This document shows, one piece after another, positions 9,515 to 18,700 of a stretch of DNA of 27,116 nucleotides (the stretch's first letter is position 1; every line of letters begins with the position of its first letter). The notes under the pieces were generated by a model. That model saw only the letters and a program-made list of their open reading frames with translations, ran no database searches and was not told where the DNA came from. Source of the DNA: Nanobdellota archaeon (GTDB lineage Archaea > Nanobdellota > Nanobdellia > Woesearchaeales > GW2011-AR9). A program made the position numbers and the translations under genes. Location: assembly GCA_038046465.1 (NCBI GenBank), contig JBBSWB010000050.1, positions 1 through 27,116 of the forward strand, written 5' to 3'.

Positions 9515-9913
9515 TCAATTTTTATTTAAATTAGTTACAGAATAAGCAGGAAAAACTGCTGCTTCACAATCAATAACAATATTAATCTTTGTTCTTTGTC
9601 CGCAGCCATAACTATAAACACATTCTTCAATAAGCTGTTTTAACATAGATTCATTTTCGACCGTGCGAGTTTGCTCTGCAACTTTAGCTTGATCTTTATA
9701 TAAATTAATTTGAAAAGTAGTATAACCGGGCCGATCATCTTCATGTTCAGGTGAATCTAAACAAGGCGCAGATACTTTTAGCTCAATAGTATCAACTGCC
9801 CCCGGTTTTAATCTATGAATAAGACTTCGCAAAGAAGAATCTTCTCCTGGAAAATGTTCTTTAATTACTCGTAACGGATCTTTTTTACCCCGTTTAATTG
9901 ATTCTTTTTTCAT
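9515..9913 (-). CDS. Hypothetical protein
   Basis: 132 aa ORF, ATG start, balanced composition; no family recognised. Confidence 0.5.
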   Translation of the reverse strand: MKKESIKRGKKDPLRVIKEHFPGEDSSLRSLIHRLKPGAVDTIELKVSAPCLDSPEHEDDRPGYTTFQINLYKDQAKVAEQTRTVENESMLKQLIEECVYSYGCGQRTKINIVIDCEAAVFPAYSVTNLNKN

Positions 9914-10008
9914 TTTTGGTTTTATTTTAGTTGAGCTCCTGTTGATTTGTTATCTTGTTTGTCTTGCTGCTTTTTTACAGATTTATTTTTTTTACAGATT
10001 TAATTTTC

Positions 10009-10836
10009 TTAGGTGGATTTAATCTTTTTAAAGATCAGGCAGTAATGGTGATGCACGTTAGGAACAAAACTATACCTGTACCCATAGGGATATAATGTTT
10101 TATTGTCCTGGCACCAAATTTTTTCTCCCCTGAACTGAAAATGCTTACTCATTTCCCGGGCAAAATCCCAGGCCAGCATTTTATATTCGCCTTTATGCAT
10201 ATAATTCTGTAAAATTACCACTATATGCCCCCCTTCTTTCACTTTGGGTTTGAGGTTTAAAAAGATATTTGTTAATTTTTGCAAAAAAATATCATAAGTT
10301 AACGCATTTCCTAAATCTTCCGGATCATCACTATAATTGACATCTAAACCTTTCTCAGTTCTATCTCTGGAAATCAATCCGGTTTTGTTCAACATCGGTC
10401 CGTAAGGAGGGGAAGTAATTACTAAACCAATTTCCGGCAGGTGGTGTTTTTTCCATAAGGAATTTATTTTTTGGGAATCTCCTTGGATAATTAATCCTGA
10501 GGTAATAGGTTCAGATTTAAGATGTTCTGATTTAAGGCGTTCTTTGGTGATGTCAACATATTTTTTCTGCAGCTCGATGCCGATCCCTTTCCGACCAACT
10601 CGTTCAGCAGCAATTACCGTGCTTCCTGTACCTAGAAAAGGATCAAACACTACCTCGCCTGTTTTGGTAAAAAAGCAGATAAATTTTTCCACCAAATCTT
10701 CTGGATATTTTGCCGGATGCAGAACTTCTTTACTGCTTCGTTTAGCCGGATTATGGATAAACCAGGTTTTGGTAAAAGGCAGCCATTCCTGTGGAGAAAG
10801 CTCATTCAACCGGTTTTCTTTAGAAGAATTACCCAT
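10009..10836 (-). CDS. Site-specific DNA methyltransferase (N4-cytosine/N6-adenine, SPPY type)
   Basis: Motif X/I: HPAKYPEDLVEKFICFFTKTGEVVFDPFLGTGSTVIAAERVGRKGIGIEL; motif IV: GLVITSPPYGPM. ATG at 10836 (MGNSSKENR) preferred over the upstream track start at 10914, which would add a hydrophobic Phe/Ile-rich extension. Confidence 0.88.
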   Translation of the reverse strand: MGNSSKENRLNELSPQEWLPFTKTWFIHNPAKRSSKEVLHPAKYPEDLVEKFICFFTKTGEVVFDPFLGTGSTVIAAERVGRKGIGIELQKKYVDITKERLKSEHLKSEPITSGLIIQGDSQKINSLWKKHHLPEIGLVITSPPYGPMLNKTGLISRDRTEKGLDVNYSDDPEDLGNALTYDIFLQKLTNIFLNLKPKVKEGGHIVVILQNYMHKGEYKMLAWDFAREMSKHFQFRGEKIWCQDNKTLYPYGYRYSFVPNVHHHYCLIFKKIKST

Positions 10837-11013
10837 AAAATCAAAAAATAAGATTGAATTTATAAAATATTGGATAAAAATACAAAAAATAGAAGAACAA
10901 AAAATATTGAACACGATTAAAAAACGTTAAAAATATATTAAAGAAATAAAAGAAGAAAAATAAACCCCAGATATAGGTTTAAAAAATATTAAAAAAAGAA
11001 AAAAAGAAAAAAC

Positions 11014-11358
11014 TTATCTTCTTCTCTTCTTAGCAGCTTTTCGTTTAGCTGGTTTGCGTTTAGCAGCTTTTCTTTTAGCGGATTTTTTCTTAACTGCTTT
11101 TTTCTTTGCAGCTTTTCTTGAACCTGCTTTTCTGCCACGAGCCATTTTAGCTCTAGCTACATTTCCTTGTTTATCAACAAAGTAAAGGTATCCATTTTCT
11201 TTCTTAACGCCAGCTTTGGCTACTACTTCTGTTCTAGTTTTGCCTTTCTTTCGGCCTGCTCGACTCATTACTGCTCGAGCTACATTTCCGTGTTTATCAA
11301 CAAAGTAAAGGTAACCTTTTACTTTTTTAACACCGGTTCTTGCTACAACTTGTGCCAT
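11014..11358 (-). CDS. Small basic protein: two copies of a YLYFVDKxGNVARA domain plus histone-H1/HC-like Lys/Ala/Arg-rich tail
   Basis: 114 aa; repeats VVARTGVKKVKGYLYFVDKHGNVARAVMSRAGRKKG and VVAKAGVKKENGYLYFVDKQGNVARAKMARGRKAGS; tail RKAAKKKAVKKKSAKRKAAKRKPAKRKAAKKRRR. Shine-Dalgarno-like AAGAGGTGGG upstream on the minus strand. Confidence 0.85.
   Translation of the reverse strand: MAQVVARTGVKKVKGYLYFVDKHGNVARAVMSRAGRKKGKTRTEVVAKAGVKKENGYLYFVDKQGNVARAKMARGRKAGSRKAAKKKAVKKKSAKRKAAKRKPAKRKAAKKRRR
11151..11190 (+). repeat. Direct repeat copy A, within the duplicated coding unit
   Basis: ctctagctacatttccttgtttatcaacaaagtaaaggta; 38/40 identical to 11274..11313, period 123 nt. Confidence 0.95.
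11274..11313 (+). repeat. Direct repeat copy B, within the duplicated coding unit
   Basis: ctcgagctacatttccgtgtttatcaacaaagtaaaggta; 38/40 identical to 11151..11190. Confidence 0.95.
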
Positions 11359-11491
11359 TATTTAACCCACCTCTTGTGTTTTTCGGCAATTCTGAAAACT
11401 GTTACAGTTTTCATAAAATTAAGGAAATTTTTTTAGTATTTAAAACTTTCCCTTTTTTCCGTCGATTATCCGTCGGAAAAGTGAGAATTAG

Positions 11492-12277
11492 TCAACGGTA
11501 ACCGGTTATGTGCCCTGCTTTTTCTATTTTTTCTAGCTCTGCTTCTAAAGAAGGTATATCTCTATTAACCATGGCAATCAACCGCTGAAAAGTAGGTTTC
11601 ACGTCTGCTTTGGAGTAATTTCTGCCCATCTCTTCTGACAGATTATCAATAACCATAATCATAGACTCAACCTTTTTACGATTTTTTGAATTCTTTATGG
11701 CTTCCAAACTAATCTTTGCGTGGAATAAGGCTCGATAACTAGCGGCCCTAAATAAATAAAATTTTTTCTTGGTCAAGAAACCAAACCATCCCGGACGTAC
11801 CACCCAAATCCCCGCCAGATCCTCTTTAATATGTTGGATATTTTCTTCAAAGCTGATGCTTTTTGCTTCTTCTTCTGAGCGAGCTCGCTCATGTCCTAAG
11901 AGAGTTTTTTCTGCTTTTATTTTTCGTTCGGAGTTGATTTCAGTTACAGTAAGTACGTCCGATAAATATGAATTTACTTCAACTAGTACCGATTCTAAAC
12001 CTTCCACAGCCATTCTTATTTTCTTCCAATCTAGGCCTTCGGGATTACTTTTAGTCACTAAAGAACTATCTCGTAATTTCCAGGTTTTGCGCAAGAGAGG
12101 AGAAATCTTTTGGTGGAATTGACGGATATTTTTATCTGTTGATCTGGACATATATTTTTGAAGGTCCAACAGAACTTTCCTACCTTCCAGGTTACCAGAT
12201 TGATACATCTTAATAATAGAGGTTAACTTTTCTTCAATCTCTTCTAATTGGTAAACATTACTTTTCAAATTCACCAT
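11492..12277 (-). CDS. Hypothetical helical protein
   Basis: 261 aa ORF rich in Lys/Glu/Leu heptad-like segments; no family recognised. Confidence 0.6.
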   Translation of the reverse strand: MVNLKSNVYQLEEIEEKLTSIIKMYQSGNLEGRKVLLDLQKYMSRSTDKNIRQFHQKISPLLRKTWKLRDSSLVTKSNPEGLDWKKIRMAVEGLESVLVEVNSYLSDVLTVTEINSERKIKAEKTLLGHERARSEEEAKSISFEENIQHIKEDLAGIWVVRPGWFGFLTKKKFYLFRAASYRALFHAKISLEAIKNSKNRKKVESMIMVIDNLSEEMGRNYSKADVKPTFQRLIAMVNRDIPSLEAELEKIEKAGHITGYR

Positions 12278-12349
12278 AGCTAAGAAATATTTACCTAGTT
12301 TAAATAGATTACTTTAATTGAAATCAGTTTATGTATTTCAAATATAAAC

Positions 12350-13258
12350 TTAAAGGCGCACTCCACGAGAACAACCGAGGTCGTTCTTGAAGTTGCTGCC
12401 AACAACACGGAATTGATTACCGTAGATCTCAAACCCAGCCGCCCGTTGTGGATGACTGGCGCGAGTATATTGTGTATCCTTGGTAGTTGTATTAGCCGTC
12501 CAGCTAACTAAGCTATCTCCGCGTTTTCCGCTCACAAATTCCAGCGTTTGCAGGATGGTTTTTGCATCATCCTCGGTGTCAAATAAGGCTTGCAGATAAG
12601 CTAATCCTTGCTGCTCATTAACGATTGTTTTAAGCGGCGTTCCCCGGTATACTGGCACTTCCACAATGGTTTCTTTTACCAATTCCGGCCGGGGACAGCG
12701 GTAATGTTGGATAATCCGGGCATCCAGACTCGTTCCGGAATAAAACAGCCTAGTGCTGGAGATTAACCAATTCTGCTTTCCCGTCCAGTCGCAATCGTCC
12801 CGCAGGCTGAATAATAACGATTTGGCTTTTGCGTGCTCTTGCTCAGTTCCCTGCTCATGCATTTTCTTAATGATTTTGAAAGAGTGGTATAAATCGCCCA
12901 TAGAAGCCATCACTCGGCCATCAGTAATGTTGCTCCAGTAATCAAACCATTCATTTGGCGTCTTTTTCTTTCCATCATCTGCCGCTTGTTCATCGAGAGT
13001 CAATTCCCACCCTAAAATTGATTCCGGCTGGCAAACTTCTTCCAAAACCTCGATTAAACTTTTTCCACTGCTTCTAAACACTCCAAAAAGGCCTCTTTCC
13101 TTTTTACGCTGCTGCAAAGCAACTTCCATTTCTGCTTTTTTACCATACATCTCTGCTGCTGCCAAAGCCCTTTCTTCTTCCGTTCCGCGAGGATAATAGT
13201 CTAGCAAAGTCTCTGCAAAAGCGCGATTAAATGCGGGCACTAGTTTATTCGTTTTCAT
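12350..13258 (-). CDS. Hypothetical protein, 302 aa; weak resemblance to ADP-ribosyltransferase-like R..SWT pattern
   Basis: Intact ORF directly upstream of 12277 and 3 nt from the dph2 C-terminal ORF. VPVYRGTPL...GDSLVSWTAN noted; assignment not supported beyond pattern. Confidence 0.6.
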   Translation of the reverse strand: MKTNKLVPAFNRAFAETLLDYYPRGTEEERALAAAEMYGKKAEMEVALQQRKKERGLFGVFRSSGKSLIEVLEEVCQPESILGWELTLDEQAADDGKKKTPNEWFDYWSNITDGRVMASMGDLYHSFKIIKKMHEQGTEQEHAKAKSLLFSLRDDCDWTGKQNWLISSTRLFYSGTSLDARIIQHYRCPRPELVKETIVEVPVYRGTPLKTIVNEQQGLAYLQALFDTEDDAKTILQTLEFVSGKRGDSLVSWTANTTTKDTQYTRASHPQRAAGFEIYGNQFRVVGSNFKNDLGCSRGVRL

Positions 13259-13261
13259 TTT

Positions 13262-14005
13262 TTACACTCTACTCAACACACTTTCCCGGCTCAGAATTTC
13301 TGCTGCGTTTACCGCATCAGTTAAATTAATAACTCCTTTTCTAAACTTTTCCTGCTCGTCAAAACCCAGGCGGGGACAGGCGGTATTGACCCAGACATCA
13401 ATGAAAGGAAAATTTTCTAACTGGTCAAAAGAAACAGCATTGTCGACAAAATAATAAAATTGTTTATCTGGAAACTTTCCAGCTAATTTTAAACTGGGCT
13501 TGGACTGCTCCTGCCCGGGTTTAATAGTAATAATAACTCCGACTGTTTTTGAACTTAAAAATTTAATCAGGGAGCCTTTATACTTTTTAAGAAGGCTTTT
13601 CACGTCGTTAATAGTTAATACAGACAGCTTCTTTGCAACCGGATCATTGCAGATTACTTCTTTAAAATTAAGGTTATTTTTTTGTCCATAAACTAAAGCT
13701 AGGGGATGAAAATACCCATCACCAATGTACAAATAACTGTCCACTTCTTGATTAAGATTTAAAGAATTCTGAAAACTATTACAGCCCAGCAATTGCCCCG
13801 GTACATGGGCCCGATCTGGGGTAGGCATAATAACTTTTATTTGATTTTCTTCTAACTGCTTTTTTACCGTATCCAAATTATTGACAAACTGGACTGAAGC
13901 AAATAAAGCCAGAGTTTGATATTTTTTCTGTTTCAGATACTTTACCGTTTCTGAACCCAATTCTACTTTTCCTGCAAAAGGAGCTTCTAAAAATAAAATA
14001 TCCAT
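13262..14005 (-). CDS. dph2: Diphthamide biosynthesis enzyme Dph2, C-terminal part (domains 2-3)
   Basis: LGCNSFQ...YIGDGYFHPLAL...GVIITIKPGQEQ...FPFIDVWVNTACPRLGFDE match the archaeal Dph2 pattern, including the second and third cluster cysteines. Confidence 0.85.
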   Translation of the reverse strand: MDILFLEAPFAGKVELGSETVKYLKQKKYQTLALFASVQFVNNLDTVKKQLEENQIKVIMPTPDRAHVPGQLLGCNSFQNSLNLNQEVDSYLYIGDGYFHPLALVYGQKNNLNFKEVICNDPVAKKLSVLTINDVKSLLKKYKGSLIKFLSSKTVGVIITIKPGQEQSKPSLKLAGKFPDKQFYYFVDNAVSFDQLENFPFIDVWVNTACPRLGFDEQEKFRKGVINLTDAVNAAEILSRESVLSRV

Positions 14006-14006
14006 T

Positions 14007-14279
14007 CTACCATCCCCTCTCTTGTTTATGAAAAGGGTTATGTCCCCAGGAAATCAGCAAATCTACGCCCATTCGACTTAATCCTAATGGAAGATCACAA
14101 GCACCATAATTGCTACCTAACCAGATTAGCACTTTAGCCTTGGTTTCTGCCTGGATCTGATCCACAATTTTATTAGCCTGTGGTTTCAAACCTTCCGGTA
14201 GCTGAATGCAGACCGTCTTAGCCTTAACTTTCTTGATTTTAGCAATGGCTTTCTCGACTTCTAGTTTATATAGGCCCAT
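14007..14279 (-). CDS. dph2: Diphthamide biosynthesis enzyme Dph2, N-terminal part (domain 1)
   Basis: CIQLPEGLKPQANKIVDQI...SNYGACDLPLGLSRMGVDLLISWGHNPF matches the N-terminal Dph2 domain with first cluster Cys (YGACD). Ends at TAG (14009-14007), one nt before the ATG of the C-terminal ORF. Confidence 0.85.
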   Translation of the reverse strand: MGLYKLEVEKAIAKIKKVKAKTVCIQLPEGLKPQANKIVDQIQAETKAKVLIWLGSNYGACDLPLGLSRMGVDLLISWGHNPFHKQERGW

Positions 14280-14300
14280 AGTAACTTTTTTATAGTGTTA

Positions 14301-14309
14301 CTTTATATA
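14301..14309 (-). promoter_or_regulatory. Putative TATA box for dph2 N-terminal ORF (leaderless)
   Basis: TATATAAAG on the minus strand, centred about 26 nt upstream of the ATG at 14279. Confidence 0.45.
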
Positions 14310-14324
14310 TATTACGGAAGAAAT

Positions 14325-14332
14325 TGTTTATA
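14325..14332 (+). promoter_or_regulatory. Putative TATA box for the CDP-alcohol phosphatidyltransferase gene (leaderless)
   Basis: TTTATAAA centred about 28 nt upstream of the ATG at 14357. Confidence 0.45.
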
Positions 14333-14356
14333 AAAAAGTAGTCGCTCTAACAAAAA

Positions 14357-14920
14357 ATGAAATCGATCCTTAAACTTAGAGAATACCGCAGCAAGAAACT
14401 GCATAAAGTAGGTAAGCTACTATTGAAGGCACATATTTCTGCCAACCAATTGACTTCCTATTCATTAATTGCTGGCCTACTGGCAGCTTATTTCTTATTT
14501 GATAATTACTGGCTGTTCGTTCTGTTTGCTTTACTGCACCTCCTCTTTGATGGTGTAGACGGAGTGGTAGCCAGAATCAGTGGACCAACTAAATGGGGAG
14601 CATATTTTGATTTTTGTACTGACCGAATTGTAGAATTCCTAGTTTTGATTAAATTAATATTATTTCTAAACGGTTATTATGCGTATTTTGTCCTCGGGCT
14701 GTTTTGTTTAACTACTGTGGTTCATTTAATCTATAAAACCGCTGCCCCGCTGATAATTATTAGAACGATCACTTTGATTTTATTAATGATCTTTACCTAT
14801 CCTGCGCTGCCTTACTCTCTTTTATTGGTGAATCTAATTTGTTTAACTGCTGGAATTACTTATGTTTATTCTTTAGTAAAACAGGGGCAGTGGATAATAA
14901 AAAAATTAAAGAAAAATTAA
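14357..14920 (+). CDS. CDP-alcohol phosphatidyltransferase family protein (archaeal phospholipid head-group synthase)
   Basis: Signature DGVDGVVARISGPTKWGAYFDFCTDR fits D-G-x2-A-R-x8-G-x3-D-x3-D; multiple TM helices. Confidence 0.88.
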   Translation: MKSILKLREYRSKKLHKVGKLLLKAHISANQLTSYSLIAGLLAAYFLFDNYWLFVLFALLHLLFDGVDGVVARISGPTKWGAYFDFCTDRIVEFLVLIKLILFLNGYYAYFVLGLFCLTTVVHLIYKTAAPLIIIRTITLILLMIFTYPALPYSLLLVNLICLTAGITYVYSLVKQGQWIIKKLKKN

Positions 14921-14943
14921 AAAGTTAAATAGCTCATTTATTT

Positions 14944-15456
14944 CTACCACTTAACATTCTGAATCTTCAGCCAATAACTGATATGATTGGCAGCTATATG
15001 TAAAAGAGGGCTGGCTATTAACAGAACCACAACAACTTCTACGCGAGGAATGTACACGAAAAAACTTAACAGCAATCCGCCAAAAACAAAGTCTAATTGA
15101 TCCCAGACCGGCCAAGGTTGCCCGGGCTTAAGGTTGTTCTTTCGCTTATAATAACTTTTAATGATGTCGCCTAAAATAACACCTGCGCCCATCAAAAAAC
15201 CCAGCAATATTGAAAATCCACCATAATCAATAAGGGCCAGGCGTTCAAAACCTCTCAGATAAAAATATTTTTGCAGCCAAAAAACTAATGCTCCGGTAAG
15301 CACCGCTACAACTAAACCCCGCCAGGTTTTGTTTTTTCCGAATAACCTCTGATAAATAGGTTGATTACCTAAAGGAATCCACTTAAACAAAACCGGAGCC
15401 ATATTGGCAAAATAAGCCGGCAGGAAAAAATACAGGCATTTAAGTATAAATAGCAT
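14944..15456 (-). CDS. carS: CDP-archaeol synthase
   Basis: PAYFANMAPVLFKWIPLG, GKNKTWRGLVVAVLTG, GVILGDIIKSYYKRKNNLKPGQPWPVWDQLDFVFGG match the CarS pattern. Confidence 0.88.
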   Translation of the reverse strand: MLFILKCLYFFLPAYFANMAPVLFKWIPLGNQPIYQRLFGKNKTWRGLVVAVLTGALVFWLQKYFYLRGFERLALIDYGGFSILLGFLMGAGVILGDIIKSYYKRKNNLKPGQPWPVWDQLDFVFGGLLLSFFVYIPRVEVVVVLLIASPLLHIAANHISYWLKIQNVKW

Positions 15457-15717
15457 AACTAATAGGAATTATCTAGATTATTTAAAGGTAATTATTTTAC
15501 AAAAAAATAAAATCAGCGATAGATCAGTGATTAGTTCTTCAACAGTAATAATTGGTTCTCATCAAATCAATTAACTGAAATAGGTATTTTCCAGTAATAA
15601 AAAACATTTAAATAAACTAAGAAACTATCATTAAAATCAGTAAAGGGGGTGGACTATTTATTTTATTAGTTAGCTAAACTAAACCAATTTGAATTAAATA
15701 TCTCCTCTTGATTAAAA

Positions 15718-18700
15718 ATGGAGCAAACACAAGACATTATTACTGAAAAAAGAGGACTGGAAATATCCCGATATTTTACTAAAGAAGGCACTAACCCTTT
15801 TGATTTATGTATTTATGAAGAAAGATCCTCCGTTATTAAAAATCCTGACGGCTCAATTATTTTTCAGATGGACAACGTGGAAGTTCCACGTACGTGGAGT
15901 CAAGTGGCTACGGATATTCTTGCCCAAAAATATTTCCGAAAAACGGGCGTTCCTTTAAAAAATCGCAGCGGCGAACCTTTGCTTGATGAAAATGGAAAAA
16001 TAATTCTGGGAAGTGAGACCAGCATAAAACAAGTCGCCCATAGGATTGCCGGCTGTTGGCGATACTGGGGTGAAAAACATAATTATTTTGCTTCCAAACG
16101 GGACGCAGATATTTTTTATGATGAAATGGTCTTTATGATCATCAACCAATATGCTGCTCCCAATAGCCCCCAATGGTTTACTACCGGACTGAATTGGGCT
16201 TATGGGCATACCGGATTAGCACAAGGACATAGTTACATAAATCCGGTAACTAAGCAATTAGAATATTCTCAAGATGCTTATACGCGCTCCCAGCCCCATG
16301 CTTGTTTTATTCAACATATTGACGACGATTTAGTAAAAGAAGGGGGAATATTTAGTTTATTAGTAAGAGAAGCACGCGTGTTTAAATATGGTGGTGGAAC
16401 GGGAAGTAATTTCTCGCAATTACGGGGAAAAGGAGAAAATCTTTCTGGCGGAGGAGCCAGTTCCGGATTAATGAGCTTTCTTAAAATATTTGATGCTGCT
16501 GCCGGAAGCGTTAAGTCGGGAGGAACAACCAGAAGAGCGGCTAAGATGGTCTGCTTAGATCTTGATCACCCCGAAATTGAAGAATTTATTTGGTGGAAAG
16601 TAAAAGAAGAAGAAAAAGTTGCCGGCTTAGTTGCTGGAAGTAAAATTCTTAAGGAAAAAATTACTAACTTAATTGAAGCAGCTAAGAATAAAGAAAATCC
16701 TCTGGAAGATAAAGAAGTGCAAAGGACTTTGCGCGAAGCAGCTGCAGGAAAAATACCGCTTAATTATCTGGTTCGAGCTTTAGATTTAACCAAACAAGGA
16801 CGCACCTTGCCTTTACGCGAATTTGATACTCATTACGAATCAGAAGCCTATGTAACTGTATCTGGACAGAATAGCAATAATTCGGTTCGCATTCCTAATG
16901 CTTTTTTTGAATGTTTAAACGAAAAAAAGGATTGGAAATTAAAAGCTAGAAGAACTGGAGAAACCCTCAAAGTGATTCCGGCAGAAAAATTATGGAATGA
17001 TATTGGTTATTGTGCTTGGGCTTCTGCTGATCCAGGAGTGCAGTATGATACGACCATCAATGAATGGCATACCTGCCCAGCTGGAGGAAGAATCAACAGC
17101 AGTAATCCTTGCAGCGAATATATGTTTCTCGACGATACCGCTTGTAATTTAGCCTCTCTTAACTTAATTAAGTTTTATGATGAAAATAAAGAAAGATTTG
17201 ATGTGCAGGGATACCGGCAGGCACTCCGGTTGTGGACCATTGCTTTAGAGATTTCCGTGCTGATGGCTCATTTCCCGTCTGAAGAAATTGCCCGAAAGAG
17301 TTACGAGTACCGAACTTTAGGATTAGGATTTGCCAATATCGGAGCTTTGCTGATGATCCAAGGCGTGCCTTATGATAGTGATAAAGGGAGAACAATTTCG
17401 GCAGCCTTAGCCGCAATAATGACTGGTGAGAGTTATGCTACTTCCGCAGAGATGGCTGGTATTCTGGGTACGTTTGAACGATTTGAAGAAAATAAAGAAG
17501 CTATGCTGCGAGTAATCAGAAATCATCGCCGCGCCGCATATGGTGAAAAAAATTATGAAACCCTGCAAGTAAAACCTATCGCTCTTGACCAATATGTTTG
17601 TCCAGTAGAATTATTAGAAGCTGCGCGCAATGCGTGGGATAGAGCTTTGCGATTAGGTGAACAGAAAGGGTTTAGAAATGCTCAGGTAACTGTTATTGCT
17701 CCAACTGGAACCATCGGTTTAGTAATGGATTGCGACACTACTGGCATTGAACCTGATTATGCTTTAGTAAAACACAAAAAGCTGGCCGGCGGTGGATTTT
17801 TTAAAATTGTAAACCAATCTGTACCCAAATCCTTGAAACGATTGGGTTATGATAAAGAACAAATAAAAGAAATCATTATTTATTGTTTAGGGCATGGTTC
17901 TTTGGAAAAATGCCCAACCATCAATCCGGAATCACTGTTAAATAAAGGCCTGCGTTTAGAAGAAATAAAAAGAATTGATGCCGAACTAAAAAATGCCGTC
18001 GATATTCGCTATCCTTTTAACCGCTGGACTTTAGGTGAAGAAACTTACTGTCGGATCATGCAGGGAAAATCAGTAGATCTGCTTACCGCTTTAGGATATT
18101 CTTCCGCAGAGATAGACTTAGCCAATGAATATGTCTGCGGCACTAATACGATAGAAGGTGCTCCTCATTTAAAAGACGAACATTATCCGGTATTTGACTG
18201 TGCCAATAATTGCGGTAAAAAAGGAAAAAGATTTATCCATCCTTATGGACACTTAAAGATGGTCGCCGCAGTGCAGCCTTTTATTTCTGGCGCTATTTCT
18301 AAAACCGTTAACATGCCTCGGGAATGGAACATTGAACAAATTAAAAAAGTTTATTACGATGCCTGGACGATGATGATCAAAGGAGTTGCTTTATACCGGG
18401 ACGGATGTAAATTATCACAACCCTTGACTTCAAATTTCCAGGAACATTCTTGCTTAACCAAAATATTGCAGGAAAAAGAAGAAAAAAAGGAAACGGAAAA
18501 AACTGTTAAAGAAATTATTAGGAAAAAAGTAAAAGTAGGAGCAAAAACCTTAACTCTTTCTGCAAATCTAAATTCGGGAAAAGTTACGGACATCTCCTAT
18601 AACATTAATGACCTATCTTTAACTCAGCAATTGATGATGAATGCGTTAGTAAACACGATTAGTTTAGGTTTAGGACAAGGTCTTAAACCCGGAGTGATTG

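Noticed and set aside
9971-10000. Short direct repeat TTTTACAGATTTA (9971-9983 and 9988-10000)
   Set aside because: Two copies in a T-rich intergenic stretch, 17-nt period; too short and low-complexity to call a functional array.
11014-11130. Repetitive GCAGCTTTTCGTTTAGC-like sequence resembling a repeat array
   Set aside because: Explained by coding for the AAKRK/AAKKK Lys/Ala-rich tail.
10544-12122. Plus-strand ORFs 10544..10930, 11167..11436 and 11769..12122
   Set aside because: Antisense to the methyltransferase, the basic repeat protein and the 261-aa ORF; the recurring MFINKVKV and VFINKVKV in 11167..11436 only reflects the 123-nt DNA duplication.
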